Shown here in pieces: positions 1 through 10,173 of a stretch of DNA of 64,000 nt. The stretch covers positions 211,940 to 275,939 of the forward strand of contig DATKMH010000040.1 in the NCBI GenBank assembly GCA_035541975.1, given 5' to 3'. Each line of letters starts with the position of its first letter. Position 1 is the first letter of the stretch. Under the pieces are notes generated by a model. It did not search any database. It had not been told where the DNA came from and saw nothing but the letters and a program-made list of their open reading frames with translations. Both the position numbers and the translations under genes were made by a program. The DNA is from Terracidiphilus sp. (GTDB lineage Bacteria; Acidobacteriota; Terriglobia; Terriglobales; Acidobacteriaceae).

Positions 1-357
1 GAGTTCGACAAGGAAGGCCAATACTCGATGGACGAGATTGGCAAGCTGCGCGAGTCCTTCGGAGGCCCGGAGTGGTCGCCCATGGTGCACACGCGCGAGC
101 ATAACGGCGCCGAGACTACAGACGTACTGGTGAAGCTGGTGAACGGTGAGCCGCACGGAATTTTTGTGCTGGATGCAGAGCCGAAGGAGCTGACCATCGT
201 GCTGATTCTCGGGCCCATCCGCATGGATCAATTGTCTGAGCTTCAAGGATTGAGCGGGCTCGGCAAGCTTGGCGACGTGGATTTGGGACAGAAGAGCAAG
301 GCCACGAAGGACAACAAGGGAGAGAAGGGCGACAAAGGTGACAAGGGTGAGAAGTAG
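1..357 (+). CDS. DUF4252-like protein, 5'-truncated by window edge
   Basis: Frame open from base 1 (EFDKEGQYSM...); C-terminal 'AEPKELTIVLILGPI' resembles DUF4252; KGE/KGD repeat tail. Confidence 0.65.
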   Translation, partial: EFDKEGQYSMDEIGKLRESFGGPEWSPMVHTREHNGAETTDVLVKLVNGEPHGIFVLDAEPKELTIVLILGPIRMDQLSELQGLSGLGKLGDVDLGQKSKATKDNKGEKGDKGDKGEK

Positions 358-375
358 AAGAGAGGGAGGCGACCA

Positions 376-897
376 ATGAAGTTCCCTGGGAACCGGCATT
401 TTTGGATTCCTGTTGGCTGTGCCGCGCTGTGCGTGCTTGCGACCGCTCCGTGGTGGGTTGTGCACGCAGCCGGCGAAGGCGGCTTCGACGGCGTGGTCGA
501 TTCCATCGAGTCGCACTATCACCAGCACGCCATGCGCATTCCACTGATGGGGCTGGCCAGCGTGGTTGCGGGTGTGGCCACACATGGCGGCGTGGGCGGA
601 GTGCATGTTGCCGAGTTCGAGCAATTCTCAGCGCCCGTGGACGGCGATGATTTGAACCGGCTCGTGGAGGAGAAGCTGGGCCAGGGATGGAACCGCATGA
701 TTCGCGAGACCAGCCGCCATGGTGGCGAGCAAACGTTCATCTTCTCTCGCCCCGAAGGCAAGCACATGTGTCTCTTCATTCTCGATCTCGAGGGCAAGGA
801 ACTGAATGTGGTCCAAGTCTCCGTCGATCCCGATCGGCTGAACGAGACTATCGTCAAATACAAGCACAATAACGGAGATGACCACTCGGCCAATTGA
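376..897 (+). CDS. Exported hypothetical protein, DUF4252-like
   Basis: SD GGAGG; N-terminal hydrophobic segment; C-terminal pattern similar to the upstream gene. Confidence 0.6.
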   Translation: MKFPGNRHFWIPVGCAALCVLATAPWWVVHAAGEGGFDGVVDSIESHYHQHAMRIPLMGLASVVAGVATHGGVGGVHVAEFEQFSAPVDGDDLNRLVEEKLGQGWNRMIRETSRHGGEQTFIFSRPEGKHMCLFILDLEGKELNVVQVSVDPDRLNETIVKYKHNNGDDHSAN

Positions 898-945
898 TGC
901 GAGCAACTTGACGTGGGACGCCGGCGGACGAAAGATAAAGCCGCT

Positions 946-1335
946 CTAAAACTGCGTCACGCTCAATACATTTCCATCCGGATCTTTGAACCATGCGATG
1001 CGCGCGCCGCTGGGTGCATTCCAAATCCCATTCGGATCGCCATCATTGACGCCGGGATAGCGCTCGAGTTCTACTCCCGCCGCCGCTAATTTCTGCACTG
1101 TGTTCTCAATCGACTGCACATCCCACCCCAGCACGGTGAAGGGCGCGGGGTTGTGTTCGCGCACGGTGGTTACTCGCAGCATAGTTCCGTTGGCGTCGAA
1201 GACGTGAGCAAACGGCTGTTGATCCTGAATCAGCTTGAGGCCTAAAGCTCCTTCGTAAAACGCGCGGGCCTTGTCAGGATTGGTAGTGGCGACGAACGCC
1301 ACAAGCTTGCAGCTACTAAGAATCGATTGCGCCAC
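946..1335 (-). CDS. VOC/glyoxalase family protein
   Basis: 'ARAFYEGALGL' and 'AWFKDPDGNVLS' motifs. Confidence 0.9.
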   Translation of the reverse strand: MAQSILSSCKLVAFVATTNPDKARAFYEGALGLKLIQDQQPFAHVFDANGTMLRVTTVREHNPAPFTVLGWDVQSIENTVQKLAAAGVELERYPGVNDGDPNGIWNAPSGARIAWFKDPDGNVLSVTQF

Positions 1336-1371
1336 GCAGGCACCTCAACGGAGAGTTTCCAGTCGGAACTC

Positions 1372-2451
1372 TTATTTTGAGCTGTTCTGCGTCATCAGGT
1401 CGATGAATTCTTTTTGAAATCGCGCGAGGTCCAGGTCCATTTGCGCGTGGACCATGCGCACACCGTCGGTGGGCTTCAGCGCCGCGGGCCATGCCAGCGT
1501 ATCGCCATAGCTGGGGCCGTGGCTCAGGTCGACATCCATGTAGACATCCACTTCGCGCGTAATGATCGCCGGATCGATCCACGCGCAGGCTTCGAGCTCA
1601 TCCCACATCGACGTGCGGCGCTGGCTCCATGCGGCGATGTAGCGCGCGGCGGGTGTCTGCGATTTGGAAATCGCGTCGAGCATCTCCTGGGTGAATTGAG
1701 TTTTGAGAGAAACGTCTTCCGTGGTTACGTCCAGGCGCGGCCAATCGGCACGCAACACAATGTGCGCGGCCTCGGGATCGAACCAGAAGTTGAACTCGTG
1801 GCGTGGATCGGATGCTTCAATGTCGCTCGATTGCGGATTGAGGCTGCCGCCCATGATCACAATTCCTTTGGTGAGCGAGGCAAATTCGGCATCGATGGAG
1901 ATGGCGAGCGCGATGTTGGTGAGCGGCCCAGCAGCGTAAATGGTCACCTGATGCGGATGCGCGCGCACCTGGCGAATGAGGAAGTGCGCAGCGTCTTCAT
2001 CGAGCGGCTTTGCGGCGGGCAGGCCTTCGGGCATGGGAGGAATTTCGTGGGGGCCGTGCGACTGCGGCTTCACGGGCCCCGCCGCCGTCGCCGTCACTCC
2101 ACCCCACGCCCCCAGCCACGGCGCTTTGCCATCGATGGCTTCCTGAATGCTCGTGTCTTCCTGATTGCGGACGAGGGGAAAAACCGCGCCACGCACCACG
2201 GGAACATCGGTGTGGCCGGTGAGTTCGAGCATGCGCAGCGTGTGCAGCGTCTCTTCGTCGCGCCACGCGTCGCCGGTCACCATCGTGATGCCGAGAACCT
2301 GAACGTCGGGCGCTTGAAGCAGCGCGAGCATCGACATTTGATCCGATCCGCCGGGGCCCGCGCCATCCTGATCGACAAGCACAAGGCGCTTTTGCGCGCT
2401 GAGCGCGACGGCGCTTACCGCAAGAACGAAGAGTGCAATTGCGTTTCTCAT
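1372..2451 (-). CDS. Nucleoside hydrolase (IUNH family) with signal peptide
   Basis: DQD..D N-terminal motif, 'GPLTNIA', 'EFNFWFDPEAA'. Confidence 0.88.
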   Translation of the reverse strand: MRNAIALFVLAVSAVALSAQKRLVLVDQDGAGPGGSDQMSMLALLQAPDVQVLGITMVTGDAWRDEETLHTLRMLELTGHTDVPVVRGAVFPLVRNQEDTSIQEAIDGKAPWLGAWGGVTATAAGPVKPQSHGPHEIPPMPEGLPAAKPLDEDAAHFLIRQVRAHPHQVTIYAAGPLTNIALAISIDAEFASLTKGIVIMGGSLNPQSSDIEASDPRHEFNFWFDPEAAHIVLRADWPRLDVTTEDVSLKTQFTQEMLDAISKSQTPAARYIAAWSQRRTSMWDELEACAWIDPAIITREVDVYMDVDLSHGPSYGDTLAWPAALKPTDGVRMVHAQMDLDLARFQKEFIDLMTQNSSK

Positions 2452-2544
2452 GGATGAGTGTTTCCGAAACGTGCGCTACGATCGACTGCTCACCGTCTAC
2501 CGTGGACAGGTGATTCCGTGGCCTGTTGCCTGATCCCCGCTTCT

Positions 2545-3093
2545 CTAGCGCCGGTCGCGCCCGAAGCCGCGCGGCTTGAACTGCGGCGCCACTGGCAGAT
2601 TGGTCTTGCCTTCGGGATAGACAACAAGAAAGCGATTTGAGCCTTCGCCCACGCTCGCCGTCTCAACCCCCTGCAGCGACCGGCAAACAAGATGCAGCAT
2701 GCGGCGCTCACGGCTGTTCATGGGCGGAAAACTATAGGGCACGCCGGTCTGGCGCACTTTTTCCGCGGCGGCTTCCGCAGCGAGCCGCAGTTCCTCGGCG
2801 CGCAGAGCCTTGAAGTTGCCGGCGTCAAAGCTGATCATGTGGTGCTCATGGTGATCGAGGCGCAGCATTTGCGCGGCCAGCGTTTCAAGCGCCCTCAGCA
2901 ACTCGCCGTTGTGCTGGATGACCAGCGGCACGTCAGGCCCGGCCAGTTCAACTGATATCTGGCGCGGCTGGTCTTCGCCGACGCCGTCTGACGCGCTGAT
3001 GCGGTATTTGAGGCGCAGCCCGCCCAACTTGTTCAGGTTATTGAGGAATGCGGCTATTTTCTGGGCAGCCTGCTGCAGGTCGTCGATAGGCAT
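2545..3093 (-). CDS. khpB: Jag/KhpB-like RNA-binding protein (KH + R3H)
   Basis: R3H motif 'PMNSRERRMLH' and 'SVGEG..R'; start moved to ATG 3093. Confidence 0.8.
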   Translation of the reverse strand: MPIDDLQQAAQKIAAFLNNLNKLGGLRLKYRISASDGVGEDQPRQISVELAGPDVPLVIQHNGELLRALETLAAQMLRLDHHEHHMISFDAGNFKALRAEELRLAAEAAAEKVRQTGVPYSFPPMNSRERRMLHLVCRSLQGVETASVGEGSNRFLVVYPEGKTNLPVAPQFKPRGFGRDRR

Positions 3094-3213
3094 AACAGAC
3101 AAGTATCGCAGAGCGGGGGGCGGCACAGGGAGCCAATCCGCCAAAACCCATTTGCCGGGGCCGAGAGATTCGAGGCTCTGCTGCTTTGGCCGAGGGATTG
3201 TATTCTTCTGTGA

Positions 3214-4629
3214 GTGGCGACCCGCTGCAGATTTCGTCGCGCCGAAGGCCGGCTGCTTCACGGCTCCCTAGCGGCGGTCTGTTCGCTTCTGGTGTTGTGC
3301 GCGGCTCATATGCCTGAAGTTCAGGCGCAAGACAAGGTGGCTGCGGCCGACGCAGGCAAACCCGTGGTGATTACGCTGGACGATGCGATTCGACTGGCAC
3401 AGGCGAGCGAGCCGGCCTATGTTGCGGCCAAAGCTGCCGGCCAGTCCGCAAATCTCGATCGATCCATTGCCCGCGCAGGCTTGCTGCCCAATGCACGCTT
3501 TTACGGCGACGATATCTACACTCAGCCCAACGGAATCTACTCCGAGGGCGATGCAGGCCAGGCTTCGGCTCCTTTGCCAAAATTCGTTTCCAACGACTCG
3601 CGGCCCCGCGAGTACATTGCGCAGGGAATTGTGGATGAGACGTTCAGCCTGGCGGGCGCGGCGGCCTTGCGTCGAGCAGACGCCGAGGCGGCCATAGCCA
3701 GGGCCGAGCAAGAGATTGCGCGCCGTGGCCTCGTGGTTGCCGTCACCGGCCTTTTTTATGCGTCTCTCGCGGCGGATCACAAGCTTGCTGCAGCCGAGCA
3801 GGCGCGCCAGGAGGCCGACAGCTTTACACGAATGACGGTGGAGCGCGAGCAGGCGCGCGAGGCTGCTCATGCCGACGTGCTCAAAGCGCAATTGACCCAG
3901 CAGCAGCGCGAACGCGATCTTGAAGACGCGCAGGTGGCAGCGGAAAAGGCCCGCCTGGATTTGGCCGTGCTGTTGTTTTCCGATCCGCGCACGCAATATA
4001 CGCTGAGCGCACCGCAGGCCGCACCCACCCTGCCCTCGCAAGCGGATGTTGAGCAGGCTGCCGCGAAGAACAATCCCGAACTGAAGAGCGCCCTCGCTTC
4101 GCTTTCCGCGAGCAACGCCGATGTGCAAGCTGCATGGGGCGCCTTGCTGCCCACTGTCGGCCTTAACTTTACCTACGGCATCGACGCCAATCAGTTCGCA
4201 GTGAACGGCCCGCTTATCGCCGATGGCACGAAGGCGCGAAATCTCGGCTACTCTACAAGCTTTACCGTGAACCTGCCTCTCTGGGATTGGTTCGCCAGCG
4301 AGAACAAGGTAAAGCAGAGCGAGATTCGCCGCGGCGCGGCACAGGTGGCGTTGAGCACCACGCAAAGGCGACTTGTTGCCCAGCTTGAAGAAGCGTATTC
4401 CGAAGCCAACGCCGCGCGCGACCAACTGGCATCGCTCGACCAGAGCGTGAGCGACGCAGCCGAGAGCCTGCGCTTGACCAAGCTGCGCTACACCGATGGC
4501 GAGGCCACGGTGCTTGAGGTGGTGGACGCGGAGAATACTTACGTCAGCACGGAAGACGCTCGCGAAGATGGGCGCGTACGCTATGAGACGGCGCGAGCCA
4601 CGCTGCAAACTCTGACGGGAACGTTGTGA
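3214..4629 (+). CDS. TolC family outer membrane efflux protein
   Basis: Signal peptide, 'ITLDDAIRLA', 'NLPLWDW', 'RYTDGEATVLEV'; first gene of efflux operon. Confidence 0.9.
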   Translation: MATRCRFRRAEGRLLHGSLAAVCSLLVLCAAHMPEVQAQDKVAAADAGKPVVITLDDAIRLAQASEPAYVAAKAAGQSANLDRSIARAGLLPNARFYGDDIYTQPNGIYSEGDAGQASAPLPKFVSNDSRPREYIAQGIVDETFSLAGAAALRRADAEAAIARAEQEIARRGLVVAVTGLFYASLAADHKLAAAEQARQEADSFTRMTVEREQAREAAHADVLKAQLTQQQRERDLEDAQVAAEKARLDLAVLLFSDPRTQYTLSAPQAAPTLPSQADVEQAAAKNNPELKSALASLSASNADVQAAWGALLPTVGLNFTYGIDANQFAVNGPLIADGTKARNLGYSTSFTVNLPLWDWFASENKVKQSEIRRGAAQVALSTTQRRLVAQLEEAYSEANAARDQLASLDQSVSDAAESLRLTKLRYTDGEATVLEVVDAENTYVSTEDAREDGRVRYETARATLQTLTGTL

Positions 4630-5963
4630 ACAGCAGAGGCCAGGGACCAGTGAACAGTGAACCGGCGATGAACGAAAGAGCGAAACAGAAGCACAACACA
4701 ACCCAGCTGGCGCGCGTTTCGCCGCTGCTCGTCCTGCTGGCGGCTGCCGCGCTGCCGCTGGCGTTCTTGCCCGGTTGCAAGAAGGCCGCCGCGCCTGAAA
4801 CGCAGGTGACGGTGCAGGCGGAGCATCCCGAGCAGGGACCGATTTCAGAGCAGATCACTGCGGACGCGATTCTGGCGCCGATTGCGCAGGCTGCCATTGA
4901 ATCCAGAATCACAGCTCCGGTGAAGAAGTTTTATGTGCAGCGCGGAGAGAAGGTGCGGGCGGGCGAGCTGCTCGTGACGCTGGAGAATGCCGACCTAGCC
5001 GCCGCGGCTGAAGACAACAAAGGTTCGCTTGAAGCGGCCCAAGCAGCATATAACACGGCGACAAAAGCGCAGGTTCCTGAAGACATGTTGAAGGCGGAAT
5101 CGGATCTGGCCTCGGCCAAGGCCAATTTCGATTTGAACCAGAGCATCGTGAGCAGCCGCCAGAAACTCTTCGATGAAGGCGCGATTCCGGGCCGCGACCT
5201 GGACACGGCAAAAGCCGCCCTCGTGCAGGCGCAGGCTGCATACGACGCGGCAAAAAAGCATCTGGAATCGATGCAAAAGGTGACCCGCGAGGCCGCGCTG
5301 AAGGCGGCGCAAGGACAACTCACGTCCGCTGAAGGCAAATACAACGGCGCCGAGGCGCAGGTGAACTTCTCTCAGATTCACAGTCCCATCAACGGCGTGG
5401 TCACTGAACGGCCGCTCTTCGCGGGCGAAACGGCCGCGGCAGGTTCTCCGCTGATTACCGTGATGGACACCAGCGTTTTGCTGGCAAAGATGCACATCGC
5501 GCACAGCGAAGCGCAGCGATTGAAGGTGGGCAACGCGGCGACCTTGCGCGTGCCCGGCATCGACAATCCGGTTGCCGCCAAGGTTGCAATGGTCAGCCCC
5601 GCGCTCGATCCCGGGTCAACCACCGTCGAAGTGTGGGTAAAGGTCGACAACAAGGATGGCAAGCTGAAAGTGGGCGCGCCTGTGAAGGTGCTGCTAACCG
5701 GAAGGACTGTGGACCAGGCCTTGAAGATTCCTAACTCCGCGATCCTGACGGCCGAAGACGGCTCCAAATCCGTGATGGTGGATAACGACGGCGCGGCGCA
5801 AAGCAAGCCGGTCACGCTGGGCATCAACGACGGCACCGACGTGCAAATCCTCAGCGGGCTTGCGCCCAGCGATCTCGTCATTACCGGCGGCGCATACGGT
5901 ATTGATGAAGGAACGAAAGTAAAGATCGGCCCGGCCCCGAAAGAGAGCGGAGGATCGGACTGA
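4626..5963 (+). CDS. RND periplasmic adaptor (MFP)
   Basis: Lipobox-like LPGC, lipoyl halves 'VQRGEKVRAGELL' and 'IHSPINGVV', coiled hairpin; start may be 4668. Confidence 0.9.
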   Translation: MNSRGQGPVNSEPAMNERAKQKHNTTQLARVSPLLVLLAAAALPLAFLPGCKKAAAPETQVTVQAEHPEQGPISEQITADAILAPIAQAAIESRITAPVKKFYVQRGEKVRAGELLVTLENADLAAAAEDNKGSLEAAQAAYNTATKAQVPEDMLKAESDLASAKANFDLNQSIVSSRQKLFDEGAIPGRDLDTAKAALVQAQAAYDAAKKHLESMQKVTREAALKAAQGQLTSAEGKYNGAEAQVNFSQIHSPINGVVTERPLFAGETAAAGSPLITVMDTSVLLAKMHIAHSEAQRLKVGNAATLRVPGIDNPVAAKVAMVSPALDPGSTTVEVWVKVDNKDGKLKVGAPVKVLLTGRTVDQALKIPNSAILTAEDGSKSVMVDNDGAAQSKPVTLGINDGTDVQILSGLAPSDLVITGGAYGIDEGTKVKIGPAPKESGGSD

Positions 5964-8900
5964 TGCCTGGCGATCCGGCCGCCCCCGCGCCTAAGCCCTT
6001 CTGGCTCGCGCGATCCACACGCACCATCTTCTTTTTCGCCACCTTGCTGATGGTGGCCGGCGTCTACATGGCCTTCAAGGTGCCGATCTCGGTTTTTCCG
6101 GATACCAATTTTCCCCGAGTGATTATCGGCGTGGACAACGGCGTGATGCCGGTTGAACAAATGGAAGTGACCATCACCCGGCCCATCGAGGACGCGGTGA
6201 ATTCCGTTCCCGGTCTTCAGAGCGTGCACTCCACCACCAGCCGCGGCTCGGCTGAAGTGGACCTGTTCTTTGACTGGAACGTGGACATGATGCAGTCGCT
6301 GCAGTTGGTGAATGCGGCTCTGGCGCAGACGCAGCAAACGCTTCCGGCAACGGCGCGCATCACCACCAACCGGCTCACGTTCGCCACATTCCCGGTCCTC
6401 GGCTACAGCCTCACGTCCGACACGGTTCCGCAAACGCAGCTTTGGGAGATGGCGACCTACCAGTTGAAGCCGCCTCTGAACCGCATCAGCGGAGTGGCGA
6501 CGGTAATTGTGCAGGGCGGGCAGGTGCCCGAGTATGGCGTGGTTCCCAACCTGGCCTTGATGCAGAACGCAGGCGTCACCATCAGCGACCTGGTGAACGG
6601 CATCAACACTTCGAACATTGTTGAATCGCCGGGACTCTATCAGGCCAATCACGAGCTGATCCTTGGCCTGGTGGGCGCACAGGTGCACGATCTCGACGGC
6701 CTGCGCCAGCTCGTGGTGAAAACCACGCCCAGCGGCGTTCCCGTGCATTTAAGCGACGTGGCCACTGTGGAACCTTCGACAATGCCTGTCTATACCACGG
6801 TAACTGCGAACGGGAAGACCGCGGTTTTACTCAGCATCACGCGACAGCCTTCAAGCAATGCCGTGTCCGTGGCAGACGCTGTTGCTGCCGAGGTGGCAGA
6901 CCTGCAGAAGACCCTGCCCCCCGGCGTGAAGCTCGAGCTTTTTTACGACCAGTCGCAATTGGTGCGCGACGCCATTGGCAGCGTGCGCGATGCCATCGCG
7001 ATCGGGCTCGGGCTGGCGTGCATAATCCTGTTCCTGTTCTTGCGCGACTGGAGATCGGCATTGATCGCCGGGCTCGTGATTCCGGTAACGATTTCGATCA
7101 CCATCCTCGTGCTCTGGGTGATTGGCGAGAGCTTTAACCTGATGACCCTCGGTGGCCTGGCGGCCGCCATCGGCCTCGTGATCGACGATGCAATCGTGGT
7201 GGTGGAAAACATTGTGATGCATCGCGACCACGGGGAGCATCGCATGGAGGCTGTGCGCAAGGCCATTAAGGAACTGACGATTCCGCTGCTCGGGTCCACG
7301 ATTACGCCGGTCGTTGTGTTTCTGCCGCTGATCTCGGTCACCGGCGTGACCGGCATTTTTTTCCGCGCGCTGGCGATTACCATGACGGCGGCGCTGCTCA
7401 CTTCGCTGGCTCTGGCTCTTACGTGGACGCCCGGTTTGAGCTTTGTGCTGCTGCGCGAGCGCACCGCGCCGGCGTCGGGCGATGCCGGGAACGACGCGGG
7501 ACACGAAACTGATCGCGAGGGCGATCTTGATTTCGATCTCGGTGCCGAACCCGCACAAGAAGGCGGGCTGCTGTCGAGGATTCTCGAGATCCACAGAAAA
7601 GTTCTGGAGTGGGCGCTCGCCAAGCCGCTCTGGGTTGGCGGCATCTGCGTGCTGCTGATTCTTGCCACATGGTTCGGATACTCGCAGCTCGGTACAAATC
7701 TGCTGCCGGACATGGACGAGGGCGGATTCATCCTCGACTATGTGATGCCGGCTGGTAGTTCACTTGCAGAGACCGATCGCGTCCTTAAGGATGTAACGCG
7801 CATTCTCCATTCGATTCCGGAAGTCGAAAACACTTCGCGTCGCACTGGATTGCAGTTGGGCCTCGCCGCCGTCACTGAAGCCAATACCGGCGATTTCACC
7901 GTCAAGTTGAAGTCAAGCCGCAGTAGATCGGTGTGGGATGTGATGGACGAGGCGCGCGCGCGCATCAAAGCCGCCGAGCCCGAGCTGGACGTCGAGTTGA
8001 CGCAGGTTCTGCAAGACAACATTAACGACTTGTCGAATGCGCCGGAGCCGATCCAGATCAAGATCTTCTCCCCTGACGCTGCACTGCTGAATCAGCTGGG
8101 TCCTCGCGTGGCCAATGCGATCACCCCGATCCCCGGCGTGGTGGATGTTGCGAATGGAATCGACAACACGGTTAGCGGCCCAGCCACCAACTTCGAGGTC
8201 GATCCCACGCTGGCCTCGCGGCTCGGCTTTACGCCTGCGGAGGTGTCCGATGACGCCACCTCGATCCTGGATGGAATCCCTGCCAACCCGGTAGTCGCGA
8301 ACGAACGCGCTTACACCATCCGCGTTCGCCTCTCCGAGGAGCATCGAACTTCACTGGACGCGATTGAAAACACGGTGTTCAACAGCGCATCGGGCCACAC
8401 CGCGTCGCTGGGATCGCTGGCACAGATTCAGCAGTTGCCGCCCCAGAACGAGATCGCGCGTGAAAATTTGCAGCGCCTGGTGGAGGTGACAGCCGACCTG
8501 GAAGGCTCGAACCTGGGCGGAGTGATGGCCAAGGTGGAGCAGGCCGTCAAGGCGATGCATCTTCCCGCATCGGTTCGCGTGGAGTACGGCGGCACCTATC
8601 AACAGCAGCAGAAATCCTTCGGCGACCTGCTAAGAGTGCTGGTGCTTGCGCTGGCCCTGGTTTTCGGGGTGTTGCTCACCGAGTTCCGCAATTTCCCCGC
8701 GCCGATTGCCATCCTATCCTCATCGGTGTTGTCGATCTCGGGCGTGATCCTGGCGCTGCTTATCACCAAACCCACATTCAATGTGGCCTCGTTCATGGGA
8801 CTCATCATGGTGGTCGGGATCGTGGCCAAGAACGGAATTCTGCTGCTCGATGCCGATGAGCGCTATCGCGCGCAGGGAGCCTCGGCACACGACGCCATGC

Positions 8901-9130
8901 TGCACGCTGCACAGCGCCGCCTGCGTCCCATCGTGATGACGGCACTCGCCGCGGTTTGCGGCATGTTGCCGCTGGCCTTCGCGCTGGGTGCTGGCTCAGA
9001 GATGCTGCAGCCGCTGGCCATCGCCGTCATTGGCGGCCTGACGATTTCGATGGTGCTGAGCCTTGTGATCACGCCGCTGGTCTACTACCTGCTCACGCGC
9101 CATCGGGAGCAGAAGCCTGAAGAAGCTTGA
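5963..9130 (+). CDS. RND efflux permease (CusA/CzcA/AcrB superfamily)
   Basis: 1055 aa; 'GLVIDDAIVVVEN', 'KNGILL', 'RLRPIVMT'. Confidence 0.95.
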   Translation: MPGDPAAPAPKPFWLARSTRTIFFFATLLMVAGVYMAFKVPISVFPDTNFPRVIIGVDNGVMPVEQMEVTITRPIEDAVNSVPGLQSVHSTTSRGSAEVDLFFDWNVDMMQSLQLVNAALAQTQQTLPATARITTNRLTFATFPVLGYSLTSDTVPQTQLWEMATYQLKPPLNRISGVATVIVQGGQVPEYGVVPNLALMQNAGVTISDLVNGINTSNIVESPGLYQANHELILGLVGAQVHDLDGLRQLVVKTTPSGVPVHLSDVATVEPSTMPVYTTVTANGKTAVLLSITRQPSSNAVSVADAVAAEVADLQKTLPPGVKLELFYDQSQLVRDAIGSVRDAIAIGLGLACIILFLFLRDWRSALIAGLVIPVTISITILVLWVIGESFNLMTLGGLAAAIGLVIDDAIVVVENIVMHRDHGEHRMEAVRKAIKELTIPLLGSTITPVVVFLPLISVTGVTGIFFRALAITMTAALLTSLALALTWTPGLSFVLLRERTAPASGDAGNDAGHETDREGDLDFDLGAEPAQEGGLLSRILEIHRKVLEWALAKPLWVGGICVLLILATWFGYSQLGTNLLPDMDEGGFILDYVMPAGSSLAETDRVLKDVTRILHSIPEVENTSRRTGLQLGLAAVTEANTGDFTVKLKSSRSRSVWDVMDEARARIKAAEPELDVELTQVLQDNINDLSNAPEPIQIKIFSPDAALLNQLGPRVANAITPIPGVVDVANGIDNTVSGPATNFEVDPTLASRLGFTPAEVSDDATSILDGIPANPVVANERAYTIRVRLSEEHRTSLDAIENTVFNSASGHTASLGSLAQIQQLPPQNEIARENLQRLVEVTADLEGSNLGGVMAKVEQAVKAMHLPASVRVEYGGTYQQQQKSFGDLLRVLVLALALVFGVLLTEFRNFPAPIAILSSSVLSISGVILALLITKPTFNVASFMGLIMVVGIVAKNGILLLDADERYRAQGASAHDAMLHAAQRRLRPIVMTALAAVCGMLPLAFALGAGSEMLQPLAIAVIGGLTISMVLSLVITPLVYYLLTRHREQKPEEA

Positions 9131-9257
9131 CCTGGCATTTGGGCCGACCGAAGAACAGCCGAGTTTTCTCAGAGATGACACTAGTCGTTTGCGAAAGTGG
9201 CCGCCTGCGAGGTTGGCCGTCGGCGAAAGTGGCTTTCTGAAGGAGCTATCGTCGGGT

Positions 9258-10046
9258 TCAGGCTCTTACTTCGGAAGCGATGCGTGGGCGGAAGATTACG
9301 CCGCAGATCAGTAAACCAACCCCCAGAAACGTGATGGTTGCGATCCCCGCGGACAGCCAGAAATGCAGCATGGACCGGAATTCGATGTGCGGAATGCCGT
9401 CATTCGCAAATGCCAGAAGCAGCGCGAACATGAAAGCCAGCGCCGGCACGACGAACCGGATGACGCGCGCGGGCCGCGGCGAATAGGGCTCCGTGGCAGG
9501 AAGCGGGCGCGGCGTGGTCGAGCGATACCACACCGCGATCCACAGGGCGACGACCACCAGACCAAAGATGCTGCTCCAGTTTTGCAGCGCTTTATAGGTG
9601 GGAACCTGCCCCTGGATCGGAAAATACCCTGGGTCGCTGAGGAAACTCAGATGCCGATAGGGCCAATAAAATTGATGCGTGAACGAATCCCACAAAATGT
9701 GCGTGCCGATTCCAATCAGGATGGATAAGACGATCAATGCAATGCGGGATAGTGGCCAGAAAGAGAAACCCATTGCTTTGGGCTCGATCCGCGCGCGAAA
9801 TCCCCTGGGCAGGAGCATTGTGAACGGCTGCTTGATGAAAGCATGAAAAAGCAGATATACGATCAGACACAGCGGTAAATCCAGCACGAATGCGCCTTTG
9901 ATCGTGTGGGCAAAGTGGCCGTAAGGGCCGAAAAAGAAAAAATAGGCAAAGTCGGGCGAAAAGCAGCCAATAATGAGGGCCGACATTTCAAGGCGCGAGC
10001 GCTGAAGAGGCCACATGGCCGCAGCGTGTGAGATAGTGAACGGCAT
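9258..10046 (-). CDS. DUF4184 family membrane protein
   Basis: 'MPFTISHAAA', 'SPDF.YF', 'THILWDSFTH'; start moved to 10046. Confidence 0.85.
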   Translation of the reverse strand: MPFTISHAAAMWPLQRSRLEMSALIIGCFSPDFAYFFFFGPYGHFAHTIKGAFVLDLPLCLIVYLLFHAFIKQPFTMLLPRGFRARIEPKAMGFSFWPLSRIALIVLSILIGIGTHILWDSFTHQFYWPYRHLSFLSDPGYFPIQGQVPTYKALQNWSSIFGLVVVALWIAVWYRSTTPRPLPATEPYSPRPARVIRFVVPALAFMFALLLAFANDGIPHIEFRSMLHFWLSAGIATITFLGVGLLICGVIFRPRIASEVRA

Positions 10047-10173
10047 TGCTTCAAGTATCTCGCATTTGGCGCGGTGAATGCTTTGCCGAGCGACAGCGAT
10101 GCGCGGCGCCGGTTGCTCCTCGCAACCGCGGAGAGATACGATTGCGCTGAAAACATTCGTGGAGATTCCTATC

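Noticed and set aside
310-357. Collagen-like KGE/KGD repeat
   Set aside because: Only about four triplets; too short to form a domain
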